DNA of 63,408 nt, filler included. It is 5 parts of 5 records of this genome, joined end to end, with 100 filler letters (N's around TTAATTAATTAA, not from the genome) between each part and the next. Parts side by side here need not be neighbours in the genome. Positions count along the whole stretch, not along the records: positions 35,005 to 44,039 come from SRR31156797_9427; positions 44,140 to 53,852 come from SRR31156797_9436; 3 more parts are not named here. One strand, given 5' to 3'. The translations under genes and the position numbers were made by a program. Positions 38,902-49,488 of this stretch are shown here, one piece after another. The notes beneath the pieces are model-generated. The model saw nothing but the letters and a program-made list of their open reading frames with translations, did not search any database and was not told where the DNA came from. Position 1 is the first letter of the stretch. Each line of letters begins with the position of its first letter.

Positions 38902-40920
38902 TTATTTCATAAAATTTTTAAGTAAATCTCCTAGATTAGTTCCAACGTCTTCTTTATTATCAGCATACTGATTAATCATTTTTTTATTCATTACCCGGTC
39001 ACGTTTTGAAACAGAGAGACCTGTTTCTCCTTTTCGTCTGACGTTTTCTCTGTGGCCGCATTCTCTATCTTGACAAACTAACATCTGTCGGTTTTTCTTT
39101 CCTTTAACTTTTAGCATATTTTTACCACACATTGGACATTTTTCAGATGAGACATTATCAAGTTTAAATTTAACTTCAGAAAGTTTTATTTGCTCTACAA
39201 GTTCTCCGGCTTTGATTTTTATATTGCTCATAAATTTGCCTGAACTTGCTTTTCCTTTTGATATAGCTTCCAGCCATTTCTCCCATTCAGCAGTTAATTC
39301 AGATGATTTCATCATTTCCGGAACTAAATCAATAAGTTGCTTTCCTTTTGAAGTAGAAGAGAGTCTATTTCCATTTCTTTCAATATAAAAAGATGAAAGA
39401 AGTTTTTCGATAATTTCAGCTCTGGTAGCAGGTGTACCTAAATTATTTTTCTCCATTTGTCCTAATAAAGTAGCTTCGTTATAAAGAATAGGTGCTTTTG
39501 TATGCCCTTTATTCAACTTTACAGATATAATTTTTTTAGTATCTCCTTTGTTAACAGGTTTTAAATTTTGCTCAGGTAATACTTCATTGTTGCTAATTTC
39601 ATCTGCCTGACTATTAGAAGTGATCTCTTTCCATCCCTTTGATATAACTTCTTTTCCTTTGGAATAAAAGTTTTCACCCTCTACCTCTGTACAGATTTTA
39701 ATCTCTTTATATTTATATGCAGGATAAAGTACAGCCAAAAATCTTCTAACAACTAAATCATAGATTTTTCTCTCGTCACTTGATAACTCTTTAAAATCAA
39801 CTTTTTCTTCAGTTGGAATTATAGCATGATGATCACTAACTTTATTATTATCAACAAATCGTTTTGTAGTTTTAATTCCGCTTTTTAGAATATTATTTGC
39901 AAATGATTCGTATGATGTTCCCTTCAGAGAATGAAGTCTGTCTTTAAGGGTAGCAACCATATCAGTAGTAATATATCGTGAATCAGTTCTAGGGTAAGTT
40001 AAAACTTTATGTCTTTCATATAAAGTTTGAATTAAAGATAGGGTCTTTTTCGCTGAAAAACCATATCGTTTGTTCCCGTCTCTTTGAAGCTCGGTTAGAT
40101 CATAAGCTAATGGATGTGCTTCGGATTTAACTTTTGATTCAACACTGCTTACTTTTCCATTTTTATTAATAAATTTTTCTTTTAGTTTATCAGCAAATTC
40201 TTGATTAAAAACCCGACCACTATTATTATTTTTACTTCGCCAATGACCATAATATCCATCAAATTCAAGCTTTAGTTCCCAGAAAGGTTTTGGTTTGAAA
40301 TTTTTAATCTCCTTTTCTCTATTAACAATCATAGCGAGAGTTGGAGTTTGCACACGACCGGAACTTAGCTGGGTATTATAGTGACATGTCAAAGCTCTTG
40401 ATAGATTTAGTCCAATTAACCAATCAGCCTCTGCACGGCATACAGCTGCATAATAAAGCCTGTCATAATCTTTTCCTGGTTTAAGATTTGCAAATCCATC
40501 TTTGATTGCTTTATCTGTTTGAGAAGATATCCACAGTCTTTTAAAAGGTTTATTAAATTTTGCCAGTTTCATTGTCCAACGAGCAACCAATTCACCTTCT
40601 CGTCCTGCATCAGTGGCGATTATTAAATCTTTAACATCTTTTCTTCTCATTAAAAACTCAACTGTTTTATATTGTTTTGTAGTTTGTTTTAATCTTTTTA
40701 ATCTCATTTTTTCCGGAATAATAGGTAGAACTTCCATACTCCAGTTTTTATACGAAGGGTTGTAATCTCCCGGCTCAGCAAGTGTAGCTAAATGTCCAAG
40801 AGCCCAAGTTACTATATAGTTTTTTCCTTCAAAATATCCTTTTTGTTTATTGTTACAGTTTAGTACTCTGGCGATTTCTTTTCCAACGCTGGGTTTCTCT
40901 GCAAATACAAGTGATTTCAT
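38902..40920 (-). CDS. topB: DNA topoisomerase III
   Basis: AEKPSV, ATDAGREGE, SGRVQTPTL, LTYPRTDS catalytic Tyr, DHHAIIPT, GTPATRA, C-terminal Zn ribbon. Confidence 0.93.
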   Translation of the reverse strand: MKSLVFAEKPSVGKEIARVLNCNNKQKGYFEGKNYIVTWALGHLATLAEPGDYNPSYKNWSMEVLPIIPEKMRLKRLKQTTKQYKTVEFLMRRKDVKDLIIATDAGREGELVARWTMKLAKFNKPFKRLWISSQTDKAIKDGFANLKPGKDYDRLYYAAVCRAEADWLIGLNLSRALTCHYNTQLSSGRVQTPTLAMIVNREKEIKNFKPKPFWELKLEFDGYYGHWRSKNNNSGRVFNQEFADKLKEKFINKNGKVSSVESKVKSEAHPLAYDLTELQRDGNKRYGFSAKKTLSLIQTLYERHKVLTYPRTDSRYITTDMVATLKDRLHSLKGTSYESFANNILKSGIKTTKRFVDNNKVSDHHAIIPTEEKVDFKELSSDERKIYDLVVRRFLAVLYPAYKYKEIKICTEVEGENFYSKGKEVISKGWKEITSNSQADEISNNEVLPEQNLKPVNKGDTKKIISVKLNKGHTKAPILYNEATLLGQMEKNNLGTPATRAEIIEKLLSSFYIERNGNRLSSTSKGKQLIDLVPEMMKSSELTAEWEKWLEAISKGKASSGKFMSNIKIKAGELVEQIKLSEVKFKLDNVSSEKCPMCGKNMLKVKGKKNRQMLVCQDRECGHRENVRRKGETGLSVSKRDRVMNKKMINQYADNKEDVGTNLGDLLKNFMK

Positions 40921-41094
40921 TTTGTCTCCTTAATTTTTTCTAAATAATTTTATGCATATTCTTATTTTTATTATATCATAAGGATAACACAGTATTTCTT
41001 CGCTTCAAAGAGTTATTGAAAATAAAATTGTGTTTTTTCTAAACTTGGATTATGATAGATATAGAAAATAAAATAAATTTCATTTGGGAGTGAT

Positions 41095-42027
41095 ATGTAT
41101 ATGAGAGTTAATATTAAAAATATAAAAAAGAAAACTTTAAAATATTTCGAGGAAAATTGTAGAGCACTTGAAGTAGAACTCCTAAAATATTTTTATGCTA
41201 AAGGCAGTGCAGAAAAAGTTGTTGCAGAACTAAGTAAATTTCAAAATATTGATGGTGGATTTGGGAATGCGCTGGAAAGTGATTTCAGAATGCCGGAATC
41301 TTCTCCTTTAGCTACAACAATAGCATTACAGATCATAGAGAGATTGGGTGCTGATTTCACCAATGATGAGATGTTAGAAAAAATATTGAACTATCTAGAA
41401 GAAACTTATAATTCAGACAAGCAACGTTGGTTTGCAGCTTCAAAAGAAATAAATGTATACCCAAGAGCAATCTGGTGGAATTTTGATGAAAAAACCGGAG
41501 GAGTATCTATTGATAAAAATTGGGGGAACCCAACAGTTGAAATTACAGGGTATATTTTTAAATATCGAAAATTTATAAAAAAATTAGATATAGAGTTATT
41601 AATAAATAGAGTTATTGAGTATATTAATAATAAAGAATTAGAAGAAGCAGAGGAACATGAGATATATTGTTTTTTAAGGTTTTATGAATTAATTAATGAA
41701 GAAAATAAAAAGAGAATAGAAGAAAAATTGAAAGAATTAGTCAAAGCAAAAATGAGTATTAGCAGCAGAGAGTGGAATACTTATGTTCCTCAGCCTATTA
41801 ACTTTATTAAAAGTAAAAATTCGTTTTTATATGAAGAATACAAAGATGTCTTATATGAAAACTTAAATTTTTTAATGACTCATATGCAATATGAACAAGT
41901 TTGGGAACCAACATGGGAGTGGCATCAGTTCAATAAAGAGTGGGAAATAGCTGAACAAGACTGGATTGGTGTTTTGACAATTGAGTATTTACAAATTTTA
42001 GATAATTTTGGATTAATTCTTAAATAA
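41095..42027 (+). CDS. Hypothetical protein with prenyltransferase/squalene-cyclase-like repeat
   Basis: FQNIDGGFGNALESD, PRAIWW, NPT motifs. Confidence 0.6.
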   Translation: MYMRVNIKNIKKKTLKYFEENCRALEVELLKYFYAKGSAEKVVAELSKFQNIDGGFGNALESDFRMPESSPLATTIALQIIERLGADFTNDEMLEKILNYLEETYNSDKQRWFAASKEINVYPRAIWWNFDEKTGGVSIDKNWGNPTVEITGYIFKYRKFIKKLDIELLINRVIEYINNKELEEAEEHEIYCFLRFYELINEENKKRIEEKLKELVKAKMSISSREWNTYVPQPINFIKSKNSFLYEEYKDVLYENLNFLMTHMQYEQVWEPTWEWHQFNKEWEIAEQDWIGVLTIEYLQILDNFGLILK

Positions 42028-42033
42028 TAATTT

Positions 42034-42073
42034 ATAAAAAGTTCTCTTGATAAATTTTAAGAGAACTTTTTAT
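42034..42073 (+). terminator. Terminator
   Basis: ATAAAAAGTTCTCTT...AAGAGAACTTTTTAT. Confidence 0.75.
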
Positions 42074-42170
42074 ATGCAAAAAATTATATGTTAATTTTTC
42101 GGTTGTTTAAAGAAAAAATAAGTGTTATTCTTTGTTATATAAGAAAAATAGTTAAATAAAGGAGTTTGAG

Positions 42171-42842
42171 ATGAATTACTTATTTTCGCCCGGCTGTGCA
42201 TTGTTTTTGTACAAACAAGATTTAATTGATAAAACATTAAAATTTTTAAAAGAAGAATTAAGTGATGTTAAACTTTTGACAACCTGCTGTCTTGATCTTC
42301 CTGAAATACCAACAGGAAATAAAGTCATAGTTGCTTGCTCAGGTTGCTTTAAAAGATACAATAACTATAAGCCGCCAATAGCAATATCACTTTGGGATAT
42401 ATTTGCTGAGTCAAAAAACTTTAAATTTCCTGATTATTCAAAAGAAAAAATAAGCATTATTGACACTTGTCCAACAAGGTCAGAGGATAAAATTCATAAA
42501 AGTGTGAGAAGTTTGGCAGAGAAAATGAATTTAGAAATAATTGAACCTGAAAAAACGAAAAGAAAAGGAACATGTTGTGGAGATTCATTTTATAACAAAA
42601 TTCCAACAGAAAAAGTGGTAGAAAAAATGAAAGAAAAAGCAGCTAGTATGCCATTGGATAATATATTAGTTTATTGTATTTCTTGTAGTAAGTCGATGTT
42701 TGTAGGCGATAAAAATCCGAGATATTTATTAGATTTACTTTTTAAAGAAGAAACAATAGCGAAAACTTTTGCCCCTGACAGCTGGCATAATGAATTAAAC
42801 AGATTTATTGTGAAGCATAAAACAATTGAAATATTAGACTAA
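42171..42842 (+). CDS. Stand-alone CCG-domain (Fe-S)-binding protein
   Basis: PGC, CC, CSGC, DTCP, CCG, CISC; GGAG RBS. Confidence 0.75.
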   Translation: MNYLFSPGCALFLYKQDLIDKTLKFLKEELSDVKLLTTCCLDLPEIPTGNKVIVACSGCFKRYNNYKPPIAISLWDIFAESKNFKFPDYSKEKISIIDTCPTRSEDKIHKSVRSLAEKMNLEIIEPEKTKRKGTCCGDSFYNKIPTEKVVEKMKEKAASMPLDNILVYCISCSKSMFVGDKNPRYLLDLLFKEETIAKTFAPDSWHNELNRFIVKHKTIEILD

Positions 42843-42864
42843 TATAAAGATTAGGGTGATTAAT

Positions 42865-43926
42865 ATGAAAGTAGACAATAAAGAGTTAGTAGATAAATAT
42901 TATAAAGCTTTAATTGAAAAAGATAAGCAATTCGAAGGAATATTTTACGCCGCAATAAAAACAACCGGAATATTTTGTATATCAACTTGTACAGCTAGAA
43001 AACCTAAAAAAGAAAATACAGAGTTTTATACAGAAGTAAAAGAAGCTTTGCAGGAGGGCTATAGACCGTGTAAAATTTGTAAACCAACTGAGCAAAGAGG
43101 GGAAATACCTGATTTTGTACAAAACTCTATCGAATTAATTAAAGAAAATCCAATGGAAAAAGTAAAGGATTATATGTTAAGAGAGAATGGTATTCAACCT
43201 GAAAAATTAAGAAGATGGTTTAAAGCAAACTATGGAATAACCTTTCATACATATCAGAGAATGTTACGGGTTAATTCTGCATTTCAGGAATTAAAAGAAA
43301 AAAATGAAAAAGTGGGAAATATAGCATTCGATAGTGGGTATGAGTCGTTAAGTGGCTTTGGATATACATTTAAAAAAGTAATGGGAAATTCTCCAAAAAA
43401 TAATTTAGATAAAAAAGTAGTTAATATAGAAAGAATCAAAACACCTTTAGGGGCAATGTTTGCTTGTGCTACAGAAAAAGGTATATGTTTATTAGAGTTT
43501 ACAGACAGAAGAATGTTGGAGACAGAATTTACTGATATTCAAAAGAGGTTAAATGCTATTATTTTAGTTGGACAAAATAAACATATTGAAAAGTTAAAAA
43601 TTGAAATAAATGAATATTTTATAGGAAAGCGACAAGAATTTACTGTAAATTTAGATCCCATTGGAACTGAATTTCAAAAAAGTGTTTGGAATGTTTTGCA
43701 GGAAATTCCATACGGAGAAACTAGGTCATACCAAGAACAAGCTGAAGCAATAGGAAATATAAAAGCTGTTCGTGCAGTAGCGAATGCAAATGGAGCAAAT
43801 AAAATAGCGATAATAATTCCGTGCCATAGAGTTATAGGAAAAGATGGTAGTCTGACAGGTTACGGCGGAGGATTAGAGCGAAAAAAATGGTTGTTAGAAC
43901 ATGAAACGAAAAACAAGCTGAACTAA
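42865..43926 (+). CDS. ada: Bifunctional Ada regulator / O6-methylguanine-DNA methyltransferase
   Basis: Zn site GIFCISTC..RPCKIC, AraC HTH (SGYESLSGF), IIPCHRVIG active site. Confidence 0.93.
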   Translation: MKVDNKELVDKYYKALIEKDKQFEGIFYAAIKTTGIFCISTCTARKPKKENTEFYTEVKEALQEGYRPCKICKPTEQRGEIPDFVQNSIELIKENPMEKVKDYMLRENGIQPEKLRRWFKANYGITFHTYQRMLRVNSAFQELKEKNEKVGNIAFDSGYESLSGFGYTFKKVMGNSPKNNLDKKVVNIERIKTPLGAMFACATEKGICLLEFTDRRMLETEFTDIQKRLNAIILVGQNKHIEKLKIEINEYFIGKRQEFTVNLDPIGTEFQKSVWNVLQEIPYGETRSYQEQAEAIGNIKAVRAVANANGANKIAIIIPCHRVIGKDGSLTGYGGGLERKKWLLEHETKNKLN

Positions 43927-43946
43927 AATGTAGTTCAGCTTGTTTT
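43910..43946. terminator. Bidirectional terminator overlapping ada stop
   Basis: AAAACAAGCTGAACTA-AAATG-TAGTTCAGCTTGTTTT. Confidence 0.85.
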
Positions 43947-43967
43947 ATTTCAAAGAATATAAAATTA

Positions 43968-44039
43968 TTATGCTTTTACAATGAAAGCCTCAACATCGTA
44001 GTAAGGGCCTTCTTCATCTTCACCATATTCAAAATCAAA
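43968..44039 (-). CDS. 3' end of an unidentified convergent gene cut by contig end
   Basis: Open frame FDFEYGEDEEGPYYDVEAFIVKA* ending just before the shared terminator. Confidence 0.55.
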   Translation of the reverse strand, partial: FDFEYGEDEEGPYYDVEAFIVKA

Positions 44040-44139
44040 NNNNNNNNNNNNNNNNNNNNNNNNNNNNNNNNNNNNNNNNNNNNTTAATTAATTAANNNNN
44101 NNNNNNNNNNNNNNNNNNNNNNNNNNNNNNNNNNNNNNN
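44040..44139. other. Artificial contig linker
   Basis: N44-TTAATTAATTAA-N44. Confidence 0.98.
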
Positions 44140-44187
44140 CCCCCCCCCCCCCCCCCCCCCCCACGCCCCATATGAAGTTCGAACCAA

Positions 44188-44222
44188 TGTCATTTCGATG
44201 GAGCGATGCGACTGAGAAATCT
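44188..44222 (+). repeat. REP-like element fragment
   Basis: TGTCATTTCGA..GGAGCG..GCGACTGAGAAATCT resembles the GTCATTTCGA...GAGAAATCT extragenic repeat class; only one copy in window. Confidence 0.45.
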
Positions 44223-44352
44223 ATTTTAAGTTACTCAATTACAAAAACTATAAAACCAAGTTTTTAATATTTAAAAATGGTACGCAAAAACGGATTTCAA
44301 ATTTTACAACCCACCTGTCAGGTTTCGTTACCAAAACTTATATATTGCCTAC

Positions 44353-44646
44353 CTAGCGGGAAGAAAAGTAGAGGGAGGCAAAAATGATGAATAACAGTAA
44401 GCCAAACCCGATGCCAATCCATGACCATTTCTTTTGTCTTGCTTTTTCTTCAGGGGTTGGCTCAATGGGATTTTTATTCAGCCTTTTTTCCAAAAATGCG
44501 CCGATGGCAATCCCAAATGGCAACCCCATGGCCGGACCCAACGCAATATTGCCAAGGGCTATCCCGATGGGAATTCCAAGTGGCAAACCAATTGCGACTC
44601 CAATTCCAATGAAATGGCCTTTCCGGTAACGTTTTTCTGTTTTCAT
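44353..44646 (-). CDS. Small glycine-zipper membrane protein
   Basis: ATG 44646 just after the LytTR stop; GIGVAIGLPLGIPIGIALG...GxxxG repeats plus C-terminal TM helix. Confidence 0.7.
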   Translation of the reverse strand: MKTEKRYRKGHFIGIGVAIGLPLGIPIGIALGNIALGPAMGLPFGIAIGAFLEKRLNKNPIEPTPEEKARQKKWSWIGIGFGLLLFIIFASLYFSSR

Positions 44647-44656
44647 AACCAATGTT

Positions 44657-45415
44657 TTAACTTGATAATCTGTGCATCTGTGCCAGGAACAAATCACGTT
44701 TACCACGTGCAACAGGCACTTCCGAGCCATCACTCAACTGGATGCTACCCCCGTCCTGCCGAATGTATTTTGTAACATATTCCAAATTAATGAGGTGAGA
44801 ATTATGGGGACGGAAAAAATTTCGGTCGGACAACAACTCGTGATACTCCTTTAAATTTCGCGACACCAGAATTTTGCGGCCATCTGCCAGGAAAAACCAG
44901 GAATAGCTCCTGTCGGCTTCAATGCGGATGATGTCTTTGGTATTGAGATATTCCATGCCCTCGGATGTTGGTATCGCCAATTTTGCCGGCATGGCCGACT
45001 TCAGGTTTTCGAAAAGTAAGTCATAATTCTGCGCATGGTAATCGGTGTTCATTTTCTTCTCAATCACTTTCTCCACCGAATCAATAAATGATTTGATGTT
45101 GATGGGTTTTAAAATATAATCCACAGCGCTGAATTTAATCGCCTGGATGGCATAATGATTAAAGGCAGTAACAAAGACCACATCAAAAGTCTTTTCGGGA
45201 AACTGTTCAAGCAGGGTAAAGCCGTTGCCATGTGGCATTTCAACATCCAAAAACACAATCTCCGGTTGTTTTTTGAGGATGGCCGAAATGCCTTCCTTTG
45301 CAGAATTTGCAGTTCCAACCACCTCCAGCGCCGGAATATATTCGCTTATGATGGACTGGATAAAGTTCACTGCATCCTGCTCGTCGTCAACAATTACCGT
45401 TTTAAATTTTGTCAT
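44657..45415 (-). CDS. LytTR family response regulator
   Basis: VDDE, FLDVEMP, TAF, YILKP receiver; FFRPHNSHLIN LytTR domain. Confidence 0.93.
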   Translation of the reverse strand: MTKFKTVIVDDEQDAVNFIQSIISEYIPALEVVGTANSAKEGISAILKKQPEIVFLDVEMPHGNGFTLLEQFPEKTFDVVFVTAFNHYAIQAIKFSAVDYILKPINIKSFIDSVEKVIEKKMNTDYHAQNYDLLFENLKSAMPAKLAIPTSEGMEYLNTKDIIRIEADRSYSWFFLADGRKILVSRNLKEYHELLSDRNFFRPHNSHLINLEYVTKYIRQDGGSIQLSDGSEVPVARGKRDLFLAQMHRLSS

Positions 45416-47346
45416 GTGATTATGGGTATGTGGATGATTACCCTGGTTCCGGCGGGTGTGCCATCCGGGTTCTTCAAATCAAAATAATCGATTTTCATGG
45501 TTTTGCCATACAACGAATTCACGATTTTAAGGCGGGATTCCGTAATGGCCGTTCCCAGCGAATGATGCTTTTTGTTGTTGTTTTTTTTAATTTGATTGGC
45601 TGCATCCCGTCCAATGCCATTATCTTCAACCGTACATGCAATGGTATTTTCCTCCAGTTCCAGCCCAACGCGTATCAAACCATCCGATCCATCCCTGTGC
45701 ATAATCCCATGACAGATCGAATTTTCCACATAAGGCTGTATAAGCATGGTAGGAATTTTATGAAGCATCTGATCTATATCATCATCCACAGAAATTTCAT
45801 AGGTAAATTTCTGCTTGAAACGCAACGCCTCCAACTCCAGGTATAAACTTAACGCCTCCAACTCATCCTTCACCGGAATGGATGTGTGTGTTGAATTTTC
45901 AAGGGTTTTTCGCATCAGTCCGGAGAATTTCGACATATAATCGTTTGTCGCGATTTTATCATGCTGGTACATGTAATATTGTATTGAATTCAGGGTATTG
46001 AAGATAAAATGCGGATTCATCTGTTGCCGCAGGTTTTTCTGGGTAAGTTCCGACAAGCGATGATTCATTTCGGAAATGCGGCGTTTGGATGATATCCTGG
46101 TTTGCCGGATGATCAGCAAGGCGATTAATATCAGCAGTAAAACCAGACCCGTTAATCCGTAAACAAAAACCTGGTTTTGCTTCAGCTTAACTGAAATCAT
46201 TTCCAGTTCCTGTTGTTTTTTCTCAGTCTCGAATAGCATCCTTGCCCTCTGCAAACCATATTGATATCTTTCCTGATCCAGGGAATCGCTAAACCTTTTA
46301 TGCAACTTATAATATTCAAAAGCCTCTTCAACTTTGCCTGCGTCGGCATACATATCGCTCATATCCTTATAAACCCACGAAAGGTTAAAATAGTCCCTGA
46401 TTTTTTCAGATACAGCTATACTCTTTTTGTAGTATGATGCCGCTTTTTCAAACTTACCGATGTCTCGGTATATCGTTCCAAGGTTACCCAAAGCGTTGGT
46501 TACGCTGGTTTTTCTCCCACCGCTTTTGGCCAGTTCGAGTGCTTCCTCAAATTGGTTTATGCTAAGGTTGTAATTCTTATCCAGATAGTTTGACCATGCA
46601 ATGCGCAAAAGGTCATAAGCCATGGCTGCTGTATCCTTCATTACATTTCGCAGGGCATAGGATCTTTTAAAATAATCGATGGCCGGTTTAAAAACCGAAT
46701 CAGTTAAATAAACATCACCTAACCTGAAAAACCCACGAGCCATATTTGCAGTGTCCTTTTCAACTGAAACAAAATCGATAAACTGCTCAAGTGTGGAAAT
46801 TTCTAAATTTCGATCCCCAATTGCATTGTAAGTATTGGACAGAAGATAAAGGGCCTCAGCATATTGTTTGGGTAATCTTGCCGAGTCAGCATAATTTGCA
46901 TTGAATTTAAACTGCGTGATGGCATCCATAAATTTACCTGACCTGAGTAAATAATTGGCCTTAAAATTAAATGCCTCTGCCCTGGTTTTTATATCCGATT
47001 CAGGAATCTTTTTTAAAGCTTTCTCTATCTCACCGTAGGCATCCCAGGGCGACATCAGTTCACTAAAAATCCTGGAACGAACAAAGTGAAGTTTTACAGG
47101 AACCTTCAGGTTATTGGTGGCGCAAATATCATTGGCATCCCAGGCATAATTCCTGGCCTGGTCTAAATCTTTATTCTGGTCAAGATACTGGTTGGCTAAT
47201 TCAATCATCAGGTCAACCCGCTGTTTATTATCAGTGCTTTTCTCCAAAACCATTTCAAGGCTGTCAATTCCTGTTTGCCCTGACAGTTGAAGAAAAGCCA
47301 GCAAAACCACCACAAAACAAAAAAGTTGCAAAATTGACCTGTTCAT
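45412..47346 (-). CDS. TPR-containing LytS/YehU-type sensor histidine kinase
   Basis: Signal peptide, TPRs, TM helix, QMNPHFIFNTLNSI, QPYVENSICHG, EDNGIG. Confidence 0.92.
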   Translation of the reverse strand: MNRSILQLFCFVVVLLAFLQLSGQTGIDSLEMVLEKSTDNKQRVDLMIELANQYLDQNKDLDQARNYAWDANDICATNNLKVPVKLHFVRSRIFSELMSPWDAYGEIEKALKKIPESDIKTRAEAFNFKANYLLRSGKFMDAITQFKFNANYADSARLPKQYAEALYLLSNTYNAIGDRNLEISTLEQFIDFVSVEKDTANMARGFFRLGDVYLTDSVFKPAIDYFKRSYALRNVMKDTAAMAYDLLRIAWSNYLDKNYNLSINQFEEALELAKSGGRKTSVTNALGNLGTIYRDIGKFEKAASYYKKSIAVSEKIRDYFNLSWVYKDMSDMYADAGKVEEAFEYYKLHKRFSDSLDQERYQYGLQRARMLFETEKKQQELEMISVKLKQNQVFVYGLTGLVLLLILIALLIIRQTRISSKRRISEMNHRLSELTQKNLRQQMNPHFIFNTLNSIQYYMYQHDKIATNDYMSKFSGLMRKTLENSTHTSIPVKDELEALSLYLELEALRFKQKFTYEISVDDDIDQMLHKIPTMLIQPYVENSICHGIMHRDGSDGLIRVGLELEENTIACTVEDNGIGRDAANQIKKNNNKKHHSLGTAITESRLKIVNSLYGKTMKIDYFDLKNPDGTPAGTRVIIHIPIIT

Positions 47347-47363
47347 CTTACTTGATTAAAAGG

Positions 47364-47371
47364 CAAATGTA
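47364..47371 (-). promoter_or_regulatory. Bacteroidota -7 element for kinase operon
   Basis: TACATTTG 17 nt upstream of ATG. Confidence 0.6.
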
Positions 47372-47572
47372 AGCACAATTGGAGCAATATAATCAGCGAA
47401 GTTATCCAAAGGTAAGGTATGGTTTATGAAATGCAATTTCTATCCAACTCGCGAAATGTTAAACATGCAATCTTATTTACGAGACATTTGAAAAGTATTT
47501 GGGTTTGGGGGAAATATGGAGTGAAAAAACAAGTTAGTTACCTGAATTATTCATAAACCTAAACGTAATATT

Positions 47573-48106
47573 ATGCCTATCATTAACACCGTAAAACCCG
47601 AAGAGGCCACCGGCCAGCTAGCAGAAATTTATAAGCATTTCATGGATGTGATGGGATTTATTCCTAATGCATTTACATTACGTTCGGCCAGTCCTGAGTT
47701 GGTATTGCAACAATCAACGTTCCTGAAATATTATTGGAACCACAATACTCTAAACCACAAATTACTGGCTTTCATACGCCTTATGGTATCTGAAATCGAG
47801 GATTGCGAATATTGTGTAACCACCAACACAGGAATTCTAATGCAAAATGGAGTGAGCATCGAGGAAATTCAGGCTGCCAAGGCTGACGTGGAGAAAATCC
47901 CCCTGGAAAAGAAAGAGATTGAGTTGATTAAATTTGTTCTGAAAGTTATAAAAAACTCGAAATCAATCACCGCTAAAGATATGGATCATCTGCGCTCACT
48001 CGGCTGGACTGATAAAGACATCCTGGACGCTACCCAACATGGCACCTCACAGGTTTCATCGGATATGATCCTGAATGCTTTCAAAGTAGAACAGGACAAT
48101 TTCTAA
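47573..48106 (+). CDS. AhpD/carboxymuconolactone decarboxylase-like protein
   Basis: PEEATG-LAEIY, IPNAF, CEYC, LRSLGWTDKDILD. Confidence 0.8.
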   Translation: MPIINTVKPEEATGQLAEIYKHFMDVMGFIPNAFTLRSASPELVLQQSTFLKYYWNHNTLNHKLLAFIRLMVSEIEDCEYCVTTNTGILMQNGVSIEEIQAAKADVEKIPLEKKEIELIKFVLKVIKNSKSITAKDMDHLRSLGWTDKDILDATQHGTSQVSSDMILNAFKVEQDNF

Positions 48107-48294
48107 GATCGCTATAATTAAGCAGCAGGCGGCCCATCGGCTGATCAATTCTTTGGCTTTAACTTATTTGGACCGCCAACTGCTTACTTTTTTACACAAA
48201 CTTTATCACCAGCATTTGATAACTTTTTCGGTTCATCTGCTTTGATTCTTTGATAATTTTTCGCATATTCGCCCCACATTAATCAAACCGATAA

Positions 48295-49488
48295 ATGGGG
48301 GCACATATTTACAACTTAAAAGCTGGTGACATTGGCGTGGCGTCATTTTACCAAAACTTATCGGAAACCACTTCCGAATTACTCGAATTACTGCTTAACG
48401 ATCCCTCCATAGTACATGTATCAGAATTCAGGGATTTTGTTGATCAACAGAAAATTGAAGCAACCAGGAGCATGGAGGAATACCTCATCGAATATATCAT
48501 GATCGGGCTTTACTGGCAAAAATATGCAGGATTCGCTTCCGGTTTATCTAAAACGGTGAAAAAGGTTTCGGATATATTATACAGCGCCAGGCAGTCATCA
48601 AAATCCCTTAAGGAACCCATCGACAAACTCAGAGGCATGCTTGCTCACAAGCATTTAACAAAAAAGGACAACAGTTACGAACTGGTCCCGATTGTTGAAA
48701 ACTTCCAACGGCTTATCAATTGGCTTGATGCAACCAAAGATTTTCGCGAAGAGGTTAAAAGGCTTAATAACTGGCATCTTTTTTTACAAAGCAAATCGCC
48801 CATTTATATTTCGAGATTTCTTAATACCAATAAGGAAACAACTGACAGATTCCTCTCAATCGCCCGCAATAATCTAAGCCCTTTTACAAAAGGTGTAAAA
48901 CCGTTTATAGAAAATCTGCAAAAAAAACATAAAGACAGGGACGACATCATTTTCTGCAGCCGCACTGAGGATGAATATTTATTCATCATGATTGCAACTG
49001 ACATCCTTAACCGGATTCAAAAACCTGAATTTAAAAATTCTGCGAGAAAAATTGTGTTACTTCCCGATTGTATGTCGATGCCCACATCCGGATGTTGTCA
49101 TTCATCCAAATCCGAATCGATGGAATTGGAATGTAAAGCCTGCAATGCCCAGTGCCGGATCAACATCATCAAAAAGAAACTGGAAAAGCATGGCATGGAA
49201 GTGAGGCTTACAAATCAGAAAACCAGTTTTTCGAAACTCATAAACAAATATGCGGAAACACCCGGTGTGGGGATCGTTGGCGTTGCCTGTGTATTAAATA
49301 TACTTGCAGGCGGTTATAAGTTAATATCCATGGGAATTCCGGTGCAGTTGGTGTTTCTCGATTTTTGCAGTTGTATGAAACACTGGCCCGGCATCAATCT
49401 GCCCACAGAGGTTAGCCAGGAGGAATTATTCAAAAAACTCGATATTTCAACCTCCAGAATCTCAAACCTGGAAATGATCCTCAATTAA
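48295..49488 (+). CDS. DUF116-like Cys-rich protein
   Basis: LLPDCM...C..CKAC-AQC-I...GIVGVACVLN...GIPVQLV-L..C. Confidence 0.7.
   Translation: MGAHIYNLKAGDIGVASFYQNLSETTSELLELLLNDPSIVHVSEFRDFVDQQKIEATRSMEEYLIEYIMIGLYWQKYAGFASGLSKTVKKVSDILYSARQSSKSLKEPIDKLRGMLAHKHLTKKDNSYELVPIVENFQRLINWLDATKDFREEVKRLNNWHLFLQSKSPIYISRFLNTNKETTDRFLSIARNNLSPFTKGVKPFIENLQKKHKDRDDIIFCSRTEDEYLFIMIATDILNRIQKPEFKNSARKIVLLPDCMSMPTSGCCHSSKSESMELECKACNAQCRINIIKKKLEKHGMEVRLTNQKTSFSKLINKYAETPGVGIVGVACVLNILAGGYKLISMGIPVQLVFLDFCSCMKHWPGINLPTEVSQEELFKKLDISTSRISNLEMILN

Noticed and set aside
44140-44162. Poly-C tract as a phase-variable or G-quadruplex element
   Set aside because: It sits exactly at a contig end; most likely a sequencing or assembly artefact
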